Part shown: positions 45,903 to 47,435 of the stretch, piece by piece | How positions within the stretch are numbered: the stretch's first letter is position 1 | Layout: every line of letters begins with the position of its first letter | NCBI GenBank assembly: GCA_947589165.1 | Contig: CANQCH010000001.1 | Coordinates: 1-47,435 of the forward strand | Length of the DNA stretch: 47,435 nt | Source of the DNA: an uncultured Bacilli bacterium | Lineage (GTDB): Bacteria; Bacillota_I; Bacilli_A; RF39; UBA660 | Direction: 5' to 3' | The notes under the pieces: generated by a model | Told to the model about the DNA's origin: nothing | Databases searched by the model: none | The model's input: only the letters and a program-made list of their open reading frames with translations | Program-made: the position numbers and the translations under genes

Positions 45903-47210
45903 ATGGCCAAAAAGGAAAATCTTTTCTTAAAATCAACATTTATTTTAATTATCAGTGGCTTTTTAACCAAAATATTAGGCTTTTTAATTCGGATTATTTA
46001 TAGTCGAATTATTGGCGAAGTAGGTGTTGCTTTATATTCCATTGCAACACCGACCTATTCTCTTTTACTTACGATTTCATCATTAGCTATTCCCACGGCT
46101 ATTTCCAAATTAATCGCCGAAAATATGGCCAAAGGTAACCGCAGTATCAAGATTTTAACAACCAGCGCGGCGATTATTTTAACCATTAATTTTTCTCTAA
46201 TTATTATAATGCTTTTGACGAGTAAATTCATTGCCAATAATTTACTGCAAGAACCGCGTAGTTATCCCATTTTAATTGCTATGGCACTAACTTTACCTTT
46301 TGTCTCCATTTCCAGTGTCTTTAAGGGCTATTTTTATGGCAAACAAAACATGGTTCCCCATGCCACTAGTAATGTTTTAGAACAAATCGTGCGGATTATA
46401 ATCATTTATTTAGTACTACCCAAGCTAATGAATATTAATGTCTTATGTGCCGTCGTTGGCCTAGTTTTACTAACCATTATTTCCGAAGTTTCCAGTATTA
46501 TTGTCTTTTTATTTTTTCTGCCGGCCAAAATAAAATTAACAAAAGCCGATTTAAAACCAAATTTTACGACCACGAAAAATATTTTAGATATTTCCTTACC
46601 TACGGTTTCTAGTCGGATTATTGGTAATATTGGCTATTTTTTTGAACCTATCATTTTAACTAATTTATTACTTTTATCTGGTTATTCCAATAGTTATATT
46701 TTAACGGAATATGGGGCTTATAATGCTTATAGTCTTTCTTTATTAACGATGCCTTCTTTTTTTATCGCCGCGGTTTCCATGTCCATCATTCCCGAGATTG
46801 CCAAGTTTTATACCCAAAAAAACTTTAAAATGGTAAAAAGACGAATTAAGCAAGGTTTACTTTTTGCCCTTTTAATTGGCATCTTTTTTTCCTTTTTAAT
46901 TTTTGTTTTTCGGGATCAATTACTATTTACTCTATATAAAACCACGAAAGGTAGTAATTACATAAAAATTTTAGCTCCCATTTTCGTTTTATTTTATTTA
47001 GAAGGTGTAATTATTTCTTCTTTGCAAGCCTTAAATAAAGCCAAAATTACGATGAATATTTCTTTATTTGGGGTCTTAATAAAGTTAATTATTCTAGCCC
47101 TTTTTTCGCTTTTCCATATTGGAATTTATAGTCTAGTAATATCGGAAATTGTAAATATTTTCTTTGTCGTTTTTACCAATTTATACTATTTAAAAAAAGT
47201 AATAACTTAA
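45903..47210 (+). CDS. MOP-superfamily flippase (SpoVB/MurJ-like polysaccharide biosynthesis protein)
   Basis: N-terminus ...GF.TKILGF.IRI.YSRIIGE.GVALYS.A.P.Y.LLL.....IPTAISKLIAE. Polytopic. Confidence 0.75.
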   Translation: MAKKENLFLKSTFILIISGFLTKILGFLIRIIYSRIIGEVGVALYSIATPTYSLLLTISSLAIPTAISKLIAENMAKGNRSIKILTTSAAIILTINFSLIIIMLLTSKFIANNLLQEPRSYPILIAMALTLPFVSISSVFKGYFYGKQNMVPHATSNVLEQIVRIIIIYLVLPKLMNINVLCAVVGLVLLTIISEVSSIIVFLFFLPAKIKLTKADLKPNFTTTKNILDISLPTVSSRIIGNIGYFFEPIILTNLLLLSGYSNSYILTEYGAYNAYSLSLLTMPSFFIAAVSMSIIPEIAKFYTQKNFKMVKRRIKQGLLFALLIGIFFSFLIFVFRDQLLFTLYKTTKGSNYIKILAPIFVLFYLEGVIISSLQALNKAKITMNISLFGVLIKLIILALFSLFHIGIYSLVISEIVNIFFVVFTNLYYLKKVIT

Positions 47211-47243
47211 TCAGTTATCACTTTTTCCTAAATTGAAATTTGA

Positions 47244-47270
47244 ACCGCACCACAAGGTGCGGTTTTTTTG
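47244..47270 (+). terminator. Intrinsic terminator of the flippase gene
   Basis: ACCGCACC-acaa-GGTGCGGT followed by TTTTTTT. Confidence 0.85.
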
Positions 47271-47310
47271 ATAAAATAAAAGAGCCCTACCCGGCAAGGA
47301 GGACTCATAA

Positions 47311-47388
47311 ATGAATTATACTCAATTAACAGAAAAAAAGAAAGTAGAAATTGATATATTGAACTTGTCAATAAAAAGTAGACAGTAA
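47311..47388 (+). mobile_element. Possible remnant of an IS30-family transposase N-terminus (25 codons, then a stop)
   Basis: AAGGAGG RBS, then MNYTQLTEKKKVEIDILNLSIKSRQ*. The YTQLT...EI..L pattern recalls the N-terminal HTH of IS30 transposases (YTHLT..ER..I). It is truncated by a TAA and by the window end. Confidence 0.25.
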
Positions 47389-47435
47389 AAAGTTATTATT
47401 TAAACCCTAATTGAGTTCTATATTCGATTGGGGTT

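Noticed and set aside
1-47435. Alternative genetic code (TGA=Trp, as in Mycoplasma/Spiroplasma), or genome-wide TAA reassignment as an explanation for the asnS stop.
   Set aside because: Conserved genes end on TGA (trxA, the DUF1292 gene, cassette gene A), on TAG (mltG, trmR) and on TAA (ruvX, ireB and many others), all at the expected protein lengths. Trp positions are TGG. This is the standard code.
1-47435. CRISPR arrays, rRNA and tRNA genes.
   Set aside because: I found no regularly spaced direct repeats. In the intergenic regions I read through, I saw no tRNA T-arm (GGTTCGAATCC-like) signatures with acceptor pairing and no rRNA-like stretches. A tRNAscan/Infernal run would be needed for certainty.

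Overview
AT-rich (about 30% G+C by eye) chromosomal segment that uses the standard bacterial code: TAA, TAG and TGA all end conserved genes, and Trp is TGG. The gene content points to a low-GC Firmicutes/Bacilli-like organism, possibly an Erysipelotrichia or a wall-bearing Mollicutes relative. The taxon is inferred only. Most of the window is tightly packed housekeeping genes in blocks whose order I recall from Bacillus subtilis: ireB(yrzL)-ruvX-yrzB-mltG-trmR(yrrM)-yrrN-yrrO-greA; rnhC-cvpA-trxA-uvrC; dnaG-sigA-trmK-yqfQ; relA-dtd-hisS-aspS. Between these blocks sit lineage-specific inserts. The best candidate for an undescribed system is a translationally coupled minus-strand cassette at 30397..33414. 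It encodes two single-pass membrane proteins and a HerA/DUF87-type ATPase with no NurA, Sir2 or other known partner. It is fused to the 3' side of gatCAB and is followed by a membrane-anchored glucosaminidase-domain gene at 29489..30292. Other notable items are listed here. (1) asnS is otherwise intact but carries one in-frame TAA, next to an archaeal-type aspS and gatCAB. (2) Two unrecognisable ORFs sit between asnS and gatC. (3) A promoter-to-terminator unit of about 180 nt folds into a rod-like RNA and may be 6S RNA. (4) A 44-aa Asn/Arg-repeat ORF falls below the ORF-track cutoff. (5) A degenerate RnfC/RnfD-like pair stands alone. (6) A GspF/ComGB-like protein and a prepilin peptidase have no ATPase or pilins nearby. 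(7) A 31-aa hydrophobic peptide gene is present. (8) A 354-nt extremely AT-rich spacer carries twin palindromes. I saw no rRNA, tRNA or CRISPR array. All calls come from reading the sequence and translations by eye, with no database search.
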